64,000 bases of DNA from Octopus vulgaris. Taxonomy: Eukaryota. The stretch is from positions 173,848,001 through 173,912,000 of the forward strand of contig OX597817.1 in NCBI GenBank assembly GCA_951406725.2, given 5' to 3'. Under the pieces are notes generated by a model. That model was not told the origin of the DNA. It searched no databases and saw nothing but the letters and a program-made list of their open reading frames with translations. Position 1 is the stretch's first letter. Every line of letters starts with the position of its first letter. Positions 37,204 through 49,865 of this stretch are shown one piece after another. The translations under genes were made by a program, and so were the position numbers.

Positions 37204-37499
37204 TGGACATTTTAACCCAACCCTCAGCAAAACACAAATACGTCACATAAAAAGACAGGCTTGTGGATACATTCCAGCTGAGTGACCAGGAAGTGGCAGC
37301 CAAGATACAAGAGGAAGAATTAGGCAATTCTAAGCCTCTGAACTTGATGGACAAGATGTTGGCACCAGTTCCCCCCAGTGAGTCACCTTCCTTTTTGTTT
37401 AAGGAAATATTCCTCCATAAATTATCACCCCAGGTCCAGGCCCTCATAACTCAGACCAAGATCAAGGACCTGTATCAGTTAGCGAAAGCAGCCGACTAA
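37203..37499 (+). pseudogene. Ty3/Gypsy gag relic
   Basis: VDILTQPSAKHKYVT*KDRLVDTFQLSDQEVAAKIQEEELGNSKPLNLMDKML...LFKEIFLHKLSPQVQALI...DLYQLAKAAD follows the LGDxKPS...LFLxxLP...LAxxAD gag pattern. Confidence 0.7.
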
Positions 37500-37999
37500 C
37501 ATTTTTTTTATCCAGTGGTGGTATGGTCAATGCCATAGGGTCAGCTTCGAGACATGGAAGACAACCTGTGCTTCTACCTTGCTATTAATGGCCCCGTCCA
37601 TGTAGCTCAACCGCCAAACAGGGGCCACCCCAAGCAGATCATACCAACCCTTAGCAAGGAACAGTCACTAAAGAGCCAAGTAACCACATGCACAGGCAGG
37701 ACAGTTAAAACATCTTCCTGGTTTCAATGACAGTCAACAGTTCTGGTGGTGAGCTATATGCAGGGCACTGCTGAAGGATTTATGATGGACAAACTTGATG
37801 CAGACTGGCTGGGGAGTTGGTCTGCAGCAAAGCTGACTTCTGGTTAAGTGGGTTTTCTACAAAGCAAGTGTTGACTGGTGGCTGTTGCCCTCATGTCTTT
37901 AACTAAATAAATCTTTCACAAACACATTCTGAGTCTCTGTTAATTTTTTTTTGTGTGTGTGAATAGCTTAAGTAAAGCTATTCTAGCTTCATTTCTTTC

Positions 38000-38400
38000 T
38001 AAACTTTGCAAGTCCCCAGCATCCAAAGTCATGTCTTACTACTATGCAACACTGCATTTGGCATGCTCACATCATACAACTTGTCCTTCACTCCGGGAGA
38101 AAGATCCTTTGTTTCCATAGAGGCAGTAGGTCCATGTTCTTACTCCAGCTACTAAGCTTTCAGAGCACTTCTCTGCCACCACTTAGGTTGCCAAGGTAAC
38201 AAAATCAACAGACTACATCTAGAGAGCCTTCAGAACCATTCAGAGAATCAATTTCCTGGTAGCTCTTAGTATTAAATGCTCCTATACACCTGCTGCATAT
38301 GAGGGCTTTGATGAGGATGGTGATAGGGGGGACAGGAAGTAAATGGGTCTGAAACCAATGAGCAGCTAGAGGTTAAGTGGAAGAGATAAAGGTGACAGGA
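38000..38400 (-). mobile_element. highly decayed RTE RT C-terminal fragment
   Basis: Remnants of VKxKLYDxCV...LHSSKT on the minus strand; boundaries are approximate. Confidence 0.5.
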
Positions 38401-38628
38401 AAGTGAATTGTAGGGATATGAGAGTGCGCCAAAGTGCAAGGGAAGCAGCAACAGTAAATTAGGTGGTAAAGATACCTATGCACACAGACACACGCATGCG
38501 CATGCACGTGCACACACACACACACACGCATGCACAGACACACGCATGCGCATGCACGTGCACACACACACACACACACTATCACATATCCATATGCATG
38601 TGTGCGTGCATGTGTGTACATATATATA

Positions 38629-38678
<50 letters not shown>

Positions 38679-39463
38679 TATATATACATATATATATATG
38701 TGTGTGTGTGTATAAGTATGTTGGTGCAAACAGGAAAAATAGAATGAATATTTTTATTAATATTTAACAGAAGCAAAAAGAGTGGCTCAAGGTCTGAGAG
38801 TTTTGTGCATTGGCACTTCTGCGATCAGGTCTTCTCTAAAACCATGAATTGCTAATCAATTCAGCCTTTTGTCATCACTTCCATGAAATGCAATATCTTG
38901 AGATCAGTCTTCATCACAACATACAATCAGTCCTGCTACTCTTAAAGATGTCATTTTTACCAGCAGAAATAGTAGCTCCCTGAATTATACACACACACAC
39001 ACACATAGATATATATATATATATATTATCATCTTATATGTGTGTGTGTGTGTGTGTGTGTATGCTGGGGCATGGCATTGAAGAATTTTAATCGAATAAA
39101 TCGACCCCAGTAATTTTTTTGTCTTTAAGTTTATTCTGTCAGTCTCTTTTGCCAAACTGATAAGTCACAGGGATGTAAGCACATCAACACCAGTTATTAA
39201 GCAGCGGCGGGAGACAAAACACAAAGATATGCATACACCTACATAAGCACAACACATACACACACACACAAGTTCCTTTCAGTTTCCATGTACCAAATCC
39301 ACTCACAAGGCTTTAATTGGCCTAAGGCAATAGTAAAAGACACTTGCTGAAGGTGCTACAAAGTGGGACTGGACCCAGAACCATGTGGTTGAGAAGCAAA
39401 CTTTATACCACATAGCCCCATGCCTACACCTATATATATATATATATAGGTGTAGGCATGGGG

Positions 39464-39497
<34 letters not shown>

Positions 39498-39597
39498 CAA
39501 AGGGTAAAAATTAATTAATTAAGAAGTAATCAATAATTTCACCAAGTAGAATTCGGCATGAAAAAAGGACCATTTCACAGTAAACTTAAGTAATACA

Positions 39598-39798
39598 TAA
39601 TAATTAGGGTTCAGCAAAGATTTGCTTTACCACATACCGAAGTTTAGAAATAGCAGCCAAAACCTTAGCTATTTCTTCTACTTTAAAAAGTTTCTCTGGG
39701 AGTCTCTTTTTAAAGTAGAAGAAATAGCTAAGGTTTTGGCTGCTATTTCTAAACTTCGGTATGTGGTAAAGCAAATCTTTGCTGAACCCTAATTATTA
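39598..39798. repeat. perfect inverted repeat, 93-bp arms with a 15-bp spacer, within a (TA)n-flanked element (39497-39800)
   Basis: 39598-39690 is the exact reverse complement of 39706-39798. Confidence 0.92.
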
Positions 39799-39800
39799 AG

Positions 39801-39833
<33 letters not shown>

Positions 39834-39858
39834 TGAGAGAGAAGAAACTCAGTGATGA

Positions 39859-39915
<57 letters not shown>

Positions 39916-40123
39916 GATGTAGGAGTGGCTGCACAATTATAACAGTTTTGTTTTACTTTATTTTGCACCAACATACTTGCATCTCACATAACCATATAAA
40001 ATTACTGCTCACCAATGCTATTTTAGTCATTTTCTGAGGTGTTCTTTCAAATAACCGATTTATTTTTAGTGTTAATATTTAGTATTAATGATATCCATAT
40101 TCTTTAAAATGTTATCAACTTAC

Positions 40124-40206
40124 TATGTCAGCATTTTTATACACTTCTGCTTCAGTGCAGGCTTTGTCTATAATGTCAACCATTCCACATTTATACAGAG
40201 GTGTTC
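40124..40206 (-). CDS. upstream internal exon of the same BtpA/SgcQ-family gene
   Basis: T-rich tract plus TAG acceptor and GTAAGT donor. The 83 nt encode (G)TPLYKCGMVDIIDKACTEAEVYKNADI and join in phase 0 to DGIMLENMHD; this matches the family PGTP...EAxxY...DG region. Confidence 0.88.
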
Positions 40207-40879
40207 CTAAGAAAATATAAAAAAAAAAATTTTAATTAGATATTAATCAGACAAGGAATATTTTCAAAACTATAATTAAATTACAATTGATGAATAATTA
40301 ACGAAAATTTTAACAGGTATATTTTAACCCTTTGGCATTTAAATCAGCTATATCCAGCCAAAATAATCCACCTGAATTATTTTCAAACTGGCCAGATCTG
40401 GCCTTTCACACTTATCCTACAAAATTATTCTAAAAATAAACAATTATGCCACTGAAATCTCAAAGCCACAAGTGACTAATTCATATAAATGCGAATAAAT
40501 CTGAATGTTATAGGGCTAATGGAAAAAGATGTGGTCTAGTGGTAAGGGTGTTGCATTCATGATTGTATGATCATGGTTTCAATTCCTCAACTGGGTAGTG
40601 TGTTGTGTTCTCGAGCAAAACACTTCATTTCACATTATTTCAGTCCTGTAATGGACTGGTATTCCATTTGGGGGGATGTTAGCCTGCCTGCCCAGCCAGT
40701 GGGGTGGCATTATTTAAAAGCTGTAACAATGCAAGAAAGTGCATTGCGACTAGTGGTGCGTAACAACATCTAAAAAGTCTGGTTGACACAGGGTCAATGA
40801 TATTTTAATACAATATGTTTTGAATTCAAATCTTGCCAGCAGTGATTTCACCTTTTGTCACTTCAAATTTAATAAAACT

Positions 40880-42145
40880 AGCGAAAACCCAGAAACTTAG
40901 CAAAAACCAAAGTATTAGTAAGTAGGAAGGCAGACAAATCACAAATCCCTTCATATAGATGGCTTTGCTTGATCTGTAGAAAAGGCATAGGTAGAAACTC
41001 CATAAGATGCACCCAGTGTAAGCCTTGGACACATAAAAGGTGCAGCAGTATCAGAGAAGGGTTAACAGGGAAAATAGATTTTGTATGTGGAAGATGTAGA
41101 GGTGCAATAAACACCAAAAATGTACAGAAAATAGACTCCATCAACTGCCAGTGAGGTAAGCTAGAGGTAGTAGATAGTTTCTGTTGTCTAGGTGACCAAG
41201 TTAGTAGTAGAGGTGGATGCTCCAAGAGCATGGCTATGAGTATAAGAATAGGCTGGGCAAAGTTCAGAGAGCTCCTACTTCTGCTGGCAACAAAGAGCCT
41301 CTCCCTCAGAGTAAAAGGTAGATTGTATGATTCTTATGTGCGAACAGCTATGTAGCAGTCAAACATGGGCTGTGACAGCTGAGGACAAGTGTAGGCCTGA
41401 AAGAAATGAAGCCAGTATGCTTTACTGGATGTGCAATATCAGTGTGCATGTTTGACAGAGTGTAAGCATCTGGAGAAAAAAGTTAGGCATAAGAGGCATT
41501 AGATGTGGTGTGCAAGAGAGACGACTGCACTGGTATGGTCATATTATGTGTATGGATGAGGACAGCTGTGTAAAGAAGTGCTGATCTCTAACTGTGGAGG
41601 AAACCTGTAGTATAGGTAGACCCAGGAAGATATGGGACGAGGTGGTGGAGCATGATCTACGAATTTTGGGCCTCACAGTGGCAATGACTAGTGAGTGAAA
41701 CCTTTGGCAATATGCTGTGCTTGCAAAGACCTGTCAAGCCAAGTTAAATTGTGGTCATGGCTGATGCTGGTGTCACATAACTGGCACCTGTGCCAGTGGG
41801 ATATAAAGAACATCTTTCGAGCATTGGGCTTCATAGAGGCAAAATAGCTAAGCTCCTTTTGAGTGTTGGGCCTCACAGAGGCAATAACCAAGACCTTTGG
41901 CATTATCTTGTGCTTGAAAGCCATCAAGCCAAGCAAAATCACAGTTGTGGCAGATACCAGTGTCATGCAAATGGCACTTATGCTGGTGGCTTGTAAAAGC
42001 ACCCATTACACTCTTGGAGTAGTTGGTGTTAGAAAGGGTATCCAGCCATAGAAACCATGCCAAATCAGACTGGAGTCTGGTGCAGCCTTCCAGCTTGCCA
42101 GCCCCGGTCAAACCATGGACAACAGACATTAAATGCTGATGATGA
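40880..42145 (+). mobile_element. decayed RTE LINE 3' part
   Basis: Encodes ICRKGIGRNSIRCTQCKPWTHKRCS...CGRC and downstream RT C-terminal remnants with stops, then the 3' UTR and tail. Confidence 0.85.
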
Positions 42146-42495
42146 TTGATTGACCCGAATGTCATAACTTTGTCCATATTAAGCTGGTATTTGGAACATA
42201 AAAATAACTAGAATTCTTGGTGGAAGGTTTAATTTTGATCACTTTTTTAGATCTTTTAGATATTTTTTTTAAACATATTTCTGTTCTATCTTTCAATTGA
42301 TTTTGAAAATAATGAAGAATTTACTAAAATAACTGTTATTTTTCAGTTAGTTTTGGGGACTTAAACTGACTTGAAATTTTGATGGAAAGTTTTAATTTAG
42401 ATCACTTGAAAAAATGAAGTTGTGAATCAAGAGAAGTCTCAGACAGTTTGGTATCAAGAGGGTTAAAGTTTTTTTTTTCCTTTTGTCTCACTTAA

Positions 42496-42701
42496 CCCTT
42501 TTGTTACTTTCTTTTTATTGAAATTTAAAAAAAACCTTTGTTATAATTAATAATGAAGAATATAGAACAATAACTTTATCATTATTAATCTGGCATTTGG
42601 AACTTAACATGAAATTTTAATTGAATTTAGATCACTTTAAAATATGAATTTTGTATCACAGACAGCAGGGACAGTCTCAAGACAGATTAATATCAAAAGG
42701 G
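42496..42701. mobile_element. piggyBac-type MITE
   Basis: TTAA-CCCTTTTGTTAC ... ATATCAAAAGGG-TTAA; reverse orientation relative to 2054-2273. Confidence 0.7.
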
Positions 42702-42734
42702 TTAATTAAAAGAAATGAATATTCTTTATCTTAG

Positions 42735-42784
42735 AAATTTTGTGGAAGTTAAACTAAGTATTTTGTCATCCCTAAAAAATAAAG
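42735..42784 (+). CDS. candidate small exon of an unidentified plus-strand gene
   Basis: TTCTTTATCTTAG acceptor and AAG|GTATGT donor; open as NFVEVKLSILSSLKNK. No homology recognised. Confidence 0.3.
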
Positions 42785-44290
42785 GTATGTACTCTTAACC
42801 TTTTAATAACCTCTTTTTACAGTAGAAAGATTAAAATACAGGAGTGAAGTTTAATGTAGTTAATGTTAAGTGTCGAAGTTTCAAGAGTTTGTAATGTAAT
42901 AGACTGAAATATATAGACAGGAAGGAAATTCCAGAGATGAGTGCTAAGGAAGAAGGTGAAGAAATATAAAAGCAGGTATAAGGATATCAGAGGGGCTTTT
43001 TTTTTTGTTTTTGTTTCTTTTTATTCTAATATAACTAATAAAACTGCAAAACTGAATGGAAATACACCACATAAAAAAAATTCTTACTTTAAGTCAGTGA
43101 TTACAGATAATGGCTTTCAATGAACAGAAGTTGTAGTAATGGTTGAAGAAACAAGTTAAGATATATTCGTGGGAAATAATCTTCTTTTGGTTTTGTTTTT
43201 AATCTATTAACACCCATTATAGTCTCAAGAAGTTGAGGATATGGTTGAAATTATAGCTCTTGAGTGTTGTGAAGTAAGAAATAGAACTTGAAGGCTGATA
43301 AATATTTCACTCTGGTATGTCTTGGGTCAGGAAGCACAATGGTTGAGTGGATTAACTGTTGGCATATGAGATTGTATCATGATTGCTTGACACATTAGTC
43401 AAGACTAGGGCACAACTGTATTGTGTTCTAGTTGCTACATTTTACTTAGCTGGAGAACTAGTACATGTTTCAGTTGGGAATACATTTGTAATAGACCAGT
43501 TGTCACTGATCACTTTTATGCTATGTAACCCAGAAAAAAAAAAATAATAATAATAATAAAATCTACTGGTCTTTCAAGCTGTACGTCTCTGTGAAAATAT
43601 TTTTAAGAATAATTTTCTTTTCAAATAACATATTTTATAATCATTATATACATCCAGTCAAGATGTCCCAATATTTGGCACTTTTTCTATCAGTTTCTAC
43701 TTAAGACTGAAGCCTATTTTGAATATTGGAGTTAGATGTTTCTAAATAGTTATACATCTTCAACTCTTTAGTACTCAGATTACTCAGTCAAATGCAATGC
43801 TTTGAGTTAATCCTGTATTATCTTGTAGCTTTGAGATTTCAATGGTGGGATTTCAATAGTTATAGAAAGACATTGTAGGGTAGGTGTAAGAGGTCGAGTC
43901 TTGTCAGTTTGAACAAAAGACAGCTGGAATATCTGAGTTGGATATGGTCGTATTCATGTGGCACTAGCCCGGGTATCTCTCACATGGCACCAGCACAGGT
44001 GCTCCTCACATGCTGTCAGCATGGATGCTTTCTTATGTGGCACTAGTATGGGTGCTCCTCATGTGGTGCTGGCACGGGTGCTTTTTCTGTGGCACTGGCA
44101 TGGGATAATGAATGATAATGGACCCCTCACACAATATGAGTTAAATATAGCTATATCTTCTGCTTATCTGAGTAATTAATCATCAGAACTAAAGAGTTAA
44201 ACTGATAAAATTAACCATTTATTAATTGTTTTCCAATAAAACTGATTATAGATTTTTATTTAAATCTTATATTCTGCAGATTTTATTAAA

Positions 44291-44669
44291 GTAGAAGTGG
44301 ATGTGTGGTAAGTAGCTTGCTTACCAACCACATGATTCCGGGTTCAGTCCCAGTGCGTGGCACCTTGGGCAAGTGCCTTCTACTATAGCCTTGGGCCGAC
44401 CAAAGCCTTTTGAGTAGATTTGGTAGACGGAAACTGAAAGAAGCCCGTCATATATATGTATGTGTGTGTTTGTCCCCCCATCATTGCTTGACAACCGATG
44501 GTGGTGTGTTTACATCCCTGTAACTTAGTGGTTCGGCAAAAGAGACCGATAGAATAAGTACTAGGCTTCCAAAGAATAAGTCCTGGGGTCGATTTGCTCG
44601 ACTAAAGGTGGTGCTCCAGCATGGCCACAGTCAAATGACTGAAACAAGTAAAAGAGTAAGGAGTAAGAG
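44291..44669 (+). mobile_element. SINE family A, full-length, with ~43-bp target-site duplication
   Basis: tRNA-like head GTGTGGTAAGTAGC...GGTTCAGTCCC and (AGAGTA)-type tail. Flanks 44247-44289 and 44670-44714 are direct repeats. Confidence 0.85.
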
Positions 44670-44704
44670 TATAGATTTTTTTATTTAAATCTTATATTCT
44701 GCAG

Positions 44705-44764
44705 ACTTTATTAACATAGCCGAAAGGTTCTTGAAAACTGTTAGGCCTGATGGAGTTGATGCAG
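44705..44764 (+). CDS. candidate small exon of an unidentified plus-strand gene
   Basis: CTTATATTCTGCAG acceptor and CAG|GTATGA donor; 60 nt, (D)FINIAERFLKTVRPDGVDA; phase-compatible with 42735-42784. Confidence 0.35.
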
Positions 44765-47397
44765 GTATGACAGAATTTCAAAAGGCATCAAGAATAGAGA
44801 TACATAACATTCTTTCACAAGGTCTAGGAATTTTTCTGGTTGGTTTAGTATTAGAAAATAGCTAAGATTATGATGGTTTCTAGAAAAAAAAATTAATTTG
44901 ATAGGGACTAATTACAGAGAACAAAAAGATATTTTAGGCAGTTTAGACAAGAGAACTTATTCCATAATTATCCATTTACTTGGAAAGATTATGGTTATAT
45001 ATAAAGTCTAGACATTCATTGTTTATAAGTGAAGCCTTTCAAATTATGAAAATTTCATTTTTCGTTGGACACGGCTTTCAAACAATAGTCTGTACATAAT
45101 CTACTGTCTGTTGATGGTTTCTGTGTCTTATTAATGGTAGGGATGTCACAGTGAAGGAGAGAACTTGGAATGCTTGCAATGAGATATGCCAGTAGCGAAA
45201 GGTATGTCGAAGATATTTTAATGGATCAGTCAAGCCTGTGTAACTGATGTTTAATGCTGGTTAGAGTAGCTAAAAAATAAAAAAACCTCAAAAAGCTTCT
45301 GTAATATTATGATATGGTTGAATAGGAGTCGTGAATGCTGGTAGTAAGATTATAAATAAATATAGTTATAAATACAGTTAGGTTATAAATATAGTTAGGT
45401 AAGGGTTATCTGTTAATGTGAGTTTGGGAAAACTGCATTTCTGAATATGGTTAATTTTAATTGAATAACCAAAACCAGAAGGGATATGATTATCATCATT
45501 TAATGTCCCTGTTTTCCATGTTGGCATGGGTGAGAGGGTTTGACAGGGCTGGCAAAATGGAGGGCTGCGACAGGCTCCAGTTATCTGTTTTGACATGGAC
45601 TCTATAGCTGAATGCCCTTCCTAATGCCAACCACTTTACAGAGTGTACTAGGTGCCTTTTACACAACACCAGCCCAAGTGCTTTTTATGTGATACCAGCT
45701 GTTCACATAGCACTGGCCCATGTGGTTTTCATGTGGTGCCACCCTGGGTGATTCTCACACACCACTGGCATGGATGCTTTCCACATTACACTGGCATGGG
45801 TAATTTCGATGTGGTGCCAGCATGGGCACTTTTATGTGGCACCAGCGCAAGTGCTTTTTACATGGTGCCAACATGGGATAATGCAGGATAATGGATCCAT
45901 CACATAAAATGAGGTAAATAAATATATCTTCTGTCTATCTGGGTAATTAATCATCAGAACAACACTAATGTAAACAAGATTTTGATAGCTTGTCCAGATA
46001 AAATAATTAATAGAAACGTAAACATAGTCATTGGTGGATAAATGGAAATATAATTATAACATTTTAGGTATGAGTAGAACTGGACAGACGGAACTGAAAT
46101 TTTACATAGAGAGAAGCAATGGAATTTATAGAATCAGAAAAGATTAACATGGAAAAGACATATGCACACATGAATGTATGTGTGCATGTATGTATGCATG
46201 CATGTATGTATATACATAATTATATGTGTATGCACATGTATGTATATGTATATATGTATTTATGTATGTCTGTACATATGTATGTATGTAAAAAAGGGTA
46301 AAGACCCCCTTCGATCATGAATGACCATGGGATTGCTCCTAGAAAGTTACCCTCAGAGGCACAAATCTGGGCAAATTTGTTTATGGAAGACTGGCAGTCG
46401 CCCATGCATACCAGCTCCCTACTTCACACCACTGATGTTATCCAAGGGAAAGGTAAGGGCCAATACAACTTGGCACCAGTGATATTGCAACTCATTTCTA
46501 CAGATGAGTGGAACTGGAGCTACGTGAAATAGAGTGTCTTGCTGAAGACCACAACACACAGCTTGGTCGAGATATCAAACTTACTAACTCATGATTGTGA
46601 GCCCAGCACTCTAACCACTGAGCCATGTGCCTTTTGTTTGTATGTATGTATGTATGTATGTATGTATGTATGTATGTATGTATGTCTGTATGTATGTATG
46701 TATGTATGTATTGCTGCTGCTACCACCACCACCACCAAACTTCTTAACCACATAGATATGACATATATATATATATATATATGCATTTTATATATACATA
46801 TGTATAATCTGTTATGATCTACATTTTGTTGAACAAAATAACAGAGAGATTGATAGTCCATGTATGCATCAATAATGATGGTGAATTCTACAACTCACTG
46901 GTCCGACCCCAAAATCTCATCTTCATAAAATATTGAAGACATGTCAGTGTCACGCGGTCTATCCACTCAAAGCCTTATCTACAGGAAGAGCAGAACTTGC
47001 CACCACAGCCTAATAGAACACTCACCCATCTTACAATGCTGCCACCATGCAGAGCAGAATACTGTATACTACCCCATGTTACTACTTACAGCTAGTTGAA
47101 CTAGGCCAATGGAAGTTAAGCATCTTGACCATGAATACAATGCTCTAGATTATAAAATGCTGACCACTTGAATAGTAGTTCAACACCCTATTGACTTGGA
47201 TATATGTGGCTACTAATTGTTCAAAGGCCATGACAAATTTTTTACATTGAATTTTTAGTTTATTTCAGCCATCACAGCTAAATCAAAAATATGTCACTCT
47301 TTCTTTTCTCATTGTGTTTTTGTTTTAGCTGAATCAAGGAATGCTCATCTGTTTAGCTGCTGTCTCTTTAGATTTCAGGAAATAAACATAACATAAA

Positions 47398-47615
47398 CTG
47401 TTGTGTCTGGGGAGAGTCATTTTCTTTTTATGCCTTATAATATAACACACTCACTGGTAAAATTTCCACTTTTCAATAGTCAAGACTATTGAAAAGGTTG
47501 CAAGATGCAACGAAAATTTTAGGAAAATAAAAATAAGAAAAAAGTGGAAATTTTACCAGTGATTGTGTTACATTATAAGGCGCAAAAAGAAAATGACTCT
47601 CCCCAGACACAACAG
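47398..47615. repeat. inverted repeat (~75-bp arms) enclosing a hammerhead-like motif
   Basis: CTGTTGTGTCTGGGGAGAGTCATTTTC...CCACTTTT is mirrored by AAAAGTGG...GACTCTCCCCAGACACAACAG. Confidence 0.85.
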
Positions 47616-47684
47616 AATATGCTTCAACACACGAACTCATATAAAGAATCTTGCAAACCAAATCCAAAAACGAAATATAAACAT

Positions 47685-47686
<2 letters not shown>

Positions 47687-47715
<29 letters not shown>

Positions 47716-49407
47716 GTTTAACGTCCGTTTTCCGCGCTAGCACGGGTTGGACGGTTCGACTGGGGTCTGGGAAGCCAGGGGCTGCTCCAGGCTCCAGTCT
47801 GATCTGGCAGAGTTTCTACGGCTGGATGCCCTTCCTAACGCCAACCACTCCGTGAGTGTAGTGGGTGCTTTTTACGTGCCACCTGCACAGGTGCCGGGGG
47901 AGTCCGGCATCGGCCACGATCGGTTGGAGCTTTTAACATGCCACCGGCACGGAAGCCAGCCAAGGCGGCGCTGGCAACATTCGGATGGTGCTTTTTATGT
48001 GTCACAGGCACAGAAGCCAGTCGGAGCGGCACTGGCATCGGCCACGTTCGGATGGTGCTTTTTATGTGCCACCGGCACAGAAGCCAGTCGGGGCGGCGCT
48101 GGCATCGGCCACGTTCAGATGATGCTTTTTATGTGCCACCGGCACAGGCATCACAACTACTATTTCCATTGATATTTATTTCGACGTTCATGTTCATGTA
48201 CTTGACTCAACAGGTCTCCTCAAGCACAGCGGGACGTTCTGGGATCCAGGGTACTTTGAATGGGCAGGGGCTATGCGGGACTGGTGCCGGGAGCAGCCCG
48301 GGTCTTTGCAGTCACAGCATATCTCCAGAGATCTCAGTCCTTCGCCATTGCCTCAGTGAGGCCCAACGCTCTGAGGTCATGCTTGACTACCTCATCCCAT
48401 GTCTTCCTGGGTCTACCTCTCCCCCTGATACCTTCAACTGTTTGGGAGTGGCACTTCTTCACACATCTCTCCTCATCCATCCGCAGCACATGACCATACC
48501 ATCGCAAGCGTCACTCTTGCACACCACATTTGATGCTTCTTATATCCAGCATTTCTCTCAGGGTGCTTACACTCTGTCGTGCGTGCACACTGACATCACA
48601 CATCCAGCGGATCATGCTAGCTTCATTTCTTTCAAGTCTACGCATGTCCTCTGCAGTCACAGCCCATGTTTCACTACCGTGAAGCATGGCAGTTCGCACA
48701 CATGCATCATACAATCTACCTTTCGCTCTGAGCAAGAGACCCTTTGTCGCCAGTAGGGGTAGGAGCTTTCTGAACTTTGCCCAGGCTATTCGTATTCTAG
48801 TGGCGATACTCTTTGTGCATCCACCTCCACTACTAACTTGGTCACCCAGGTAGCGGAAACTATCAACTACCTCTAGTTTCTCTCCCTGGAGTGTGATGGA
48901 ATCTGTTTTCTGAGTGTCTGTGGTGTCTATTGTCTCTGTGCATCTGCTGAGTTCGGCTTTCTGCTTACTATAACTTTGGTCTTTGCTACATTTACTCTAA
49001 GGCCCTTTGATTCTAACCCTTGCTTCCACATCCGAAATTTCTTTTCTAGTTCCGGTAGTGATTCTGCTATGAGAGCCAGGTCATCAGCATAGAGGAGCTC
49101 CCAGGGGCATCCTGTTTTGAATTCCTCTGTTATTGCCTGGAGGACTATGATGAATAAAAGGGGACTGAGGGCTGAGCCTTGGTGCACACCTACTTCTACC
49201 CAGAATTCTTCACTATATTTGTTGCCAATCCTAACCTTGCTGACAGCCTCTCTGTATAGAGCCTGTACAGCCCTTATTAGCCATTCGTCAATCTCCAGTT
49301 TCTGCATCGACCACCAGATAAGGGAACGGGGAACCCTGTCAAAGGCTTCTCCAAGTCCACAAAAGCTATGTAGAGGGGTTTATCTTTAGCTAGGTACTTC
49401 TCCTGCT
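47687..49407 (-). mobile_element. RTE LINE 3' half with an internal deletion
   Basis: ORFs 48927-49307 (GVHQGSALSPLLF, YADD) and 48511-48735; 3' UTR hairpin repeats; (CAT)n tail on the plus strand. Confidence 0.9.
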
Positions 49408-49865
49408 TGTTTTTTTTCTCCACGGAATTTAATCCTTTAATTCTTTTAAACCCCCCCAGTATAAAAGTTAATTCGTTCGTTTCTCTATGCTACCCTTTCC
49501 ATCGCGATTATTTAACCCACAAAAAAGCTAACAATCTAGTGAGAGATTTGTAACCTGTTTGAATATGGCAATAAGAAACTTGAAATAAATTTGAACTCAT
49601 ATCAGCTTCAATAATATTGATTTCAATTATTTAGCACAAGGCCAGCAAATTTGGGGTTGAGGTTGTAAGATGATTACTTCAACCCCAGTACATGACTGGT
49701 ACATATTTTATCAACCTCGAAAGGATGAAAGGCAAAGTCAACCTCAGTGGAATTTGAACCCAGAATGTAAAGTGTGAAGAAATGCCACCAAGTACTTTGT
49801 CAAGCATGGTAACAATTCTGCCAGCTTACCCCACCTTAATCAGTTTCAATAATATTGATAAAAAA

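Noticed and set aside
44139-44190. Minus-strand CUGAUGA...GAAG motif with palindromic AUAUAGCUAUAU (also ~45915-45960)
   Set aside because: GAAG instead of GAAA in both copies, no credible stem II, and stems not preserved in the duplicate.
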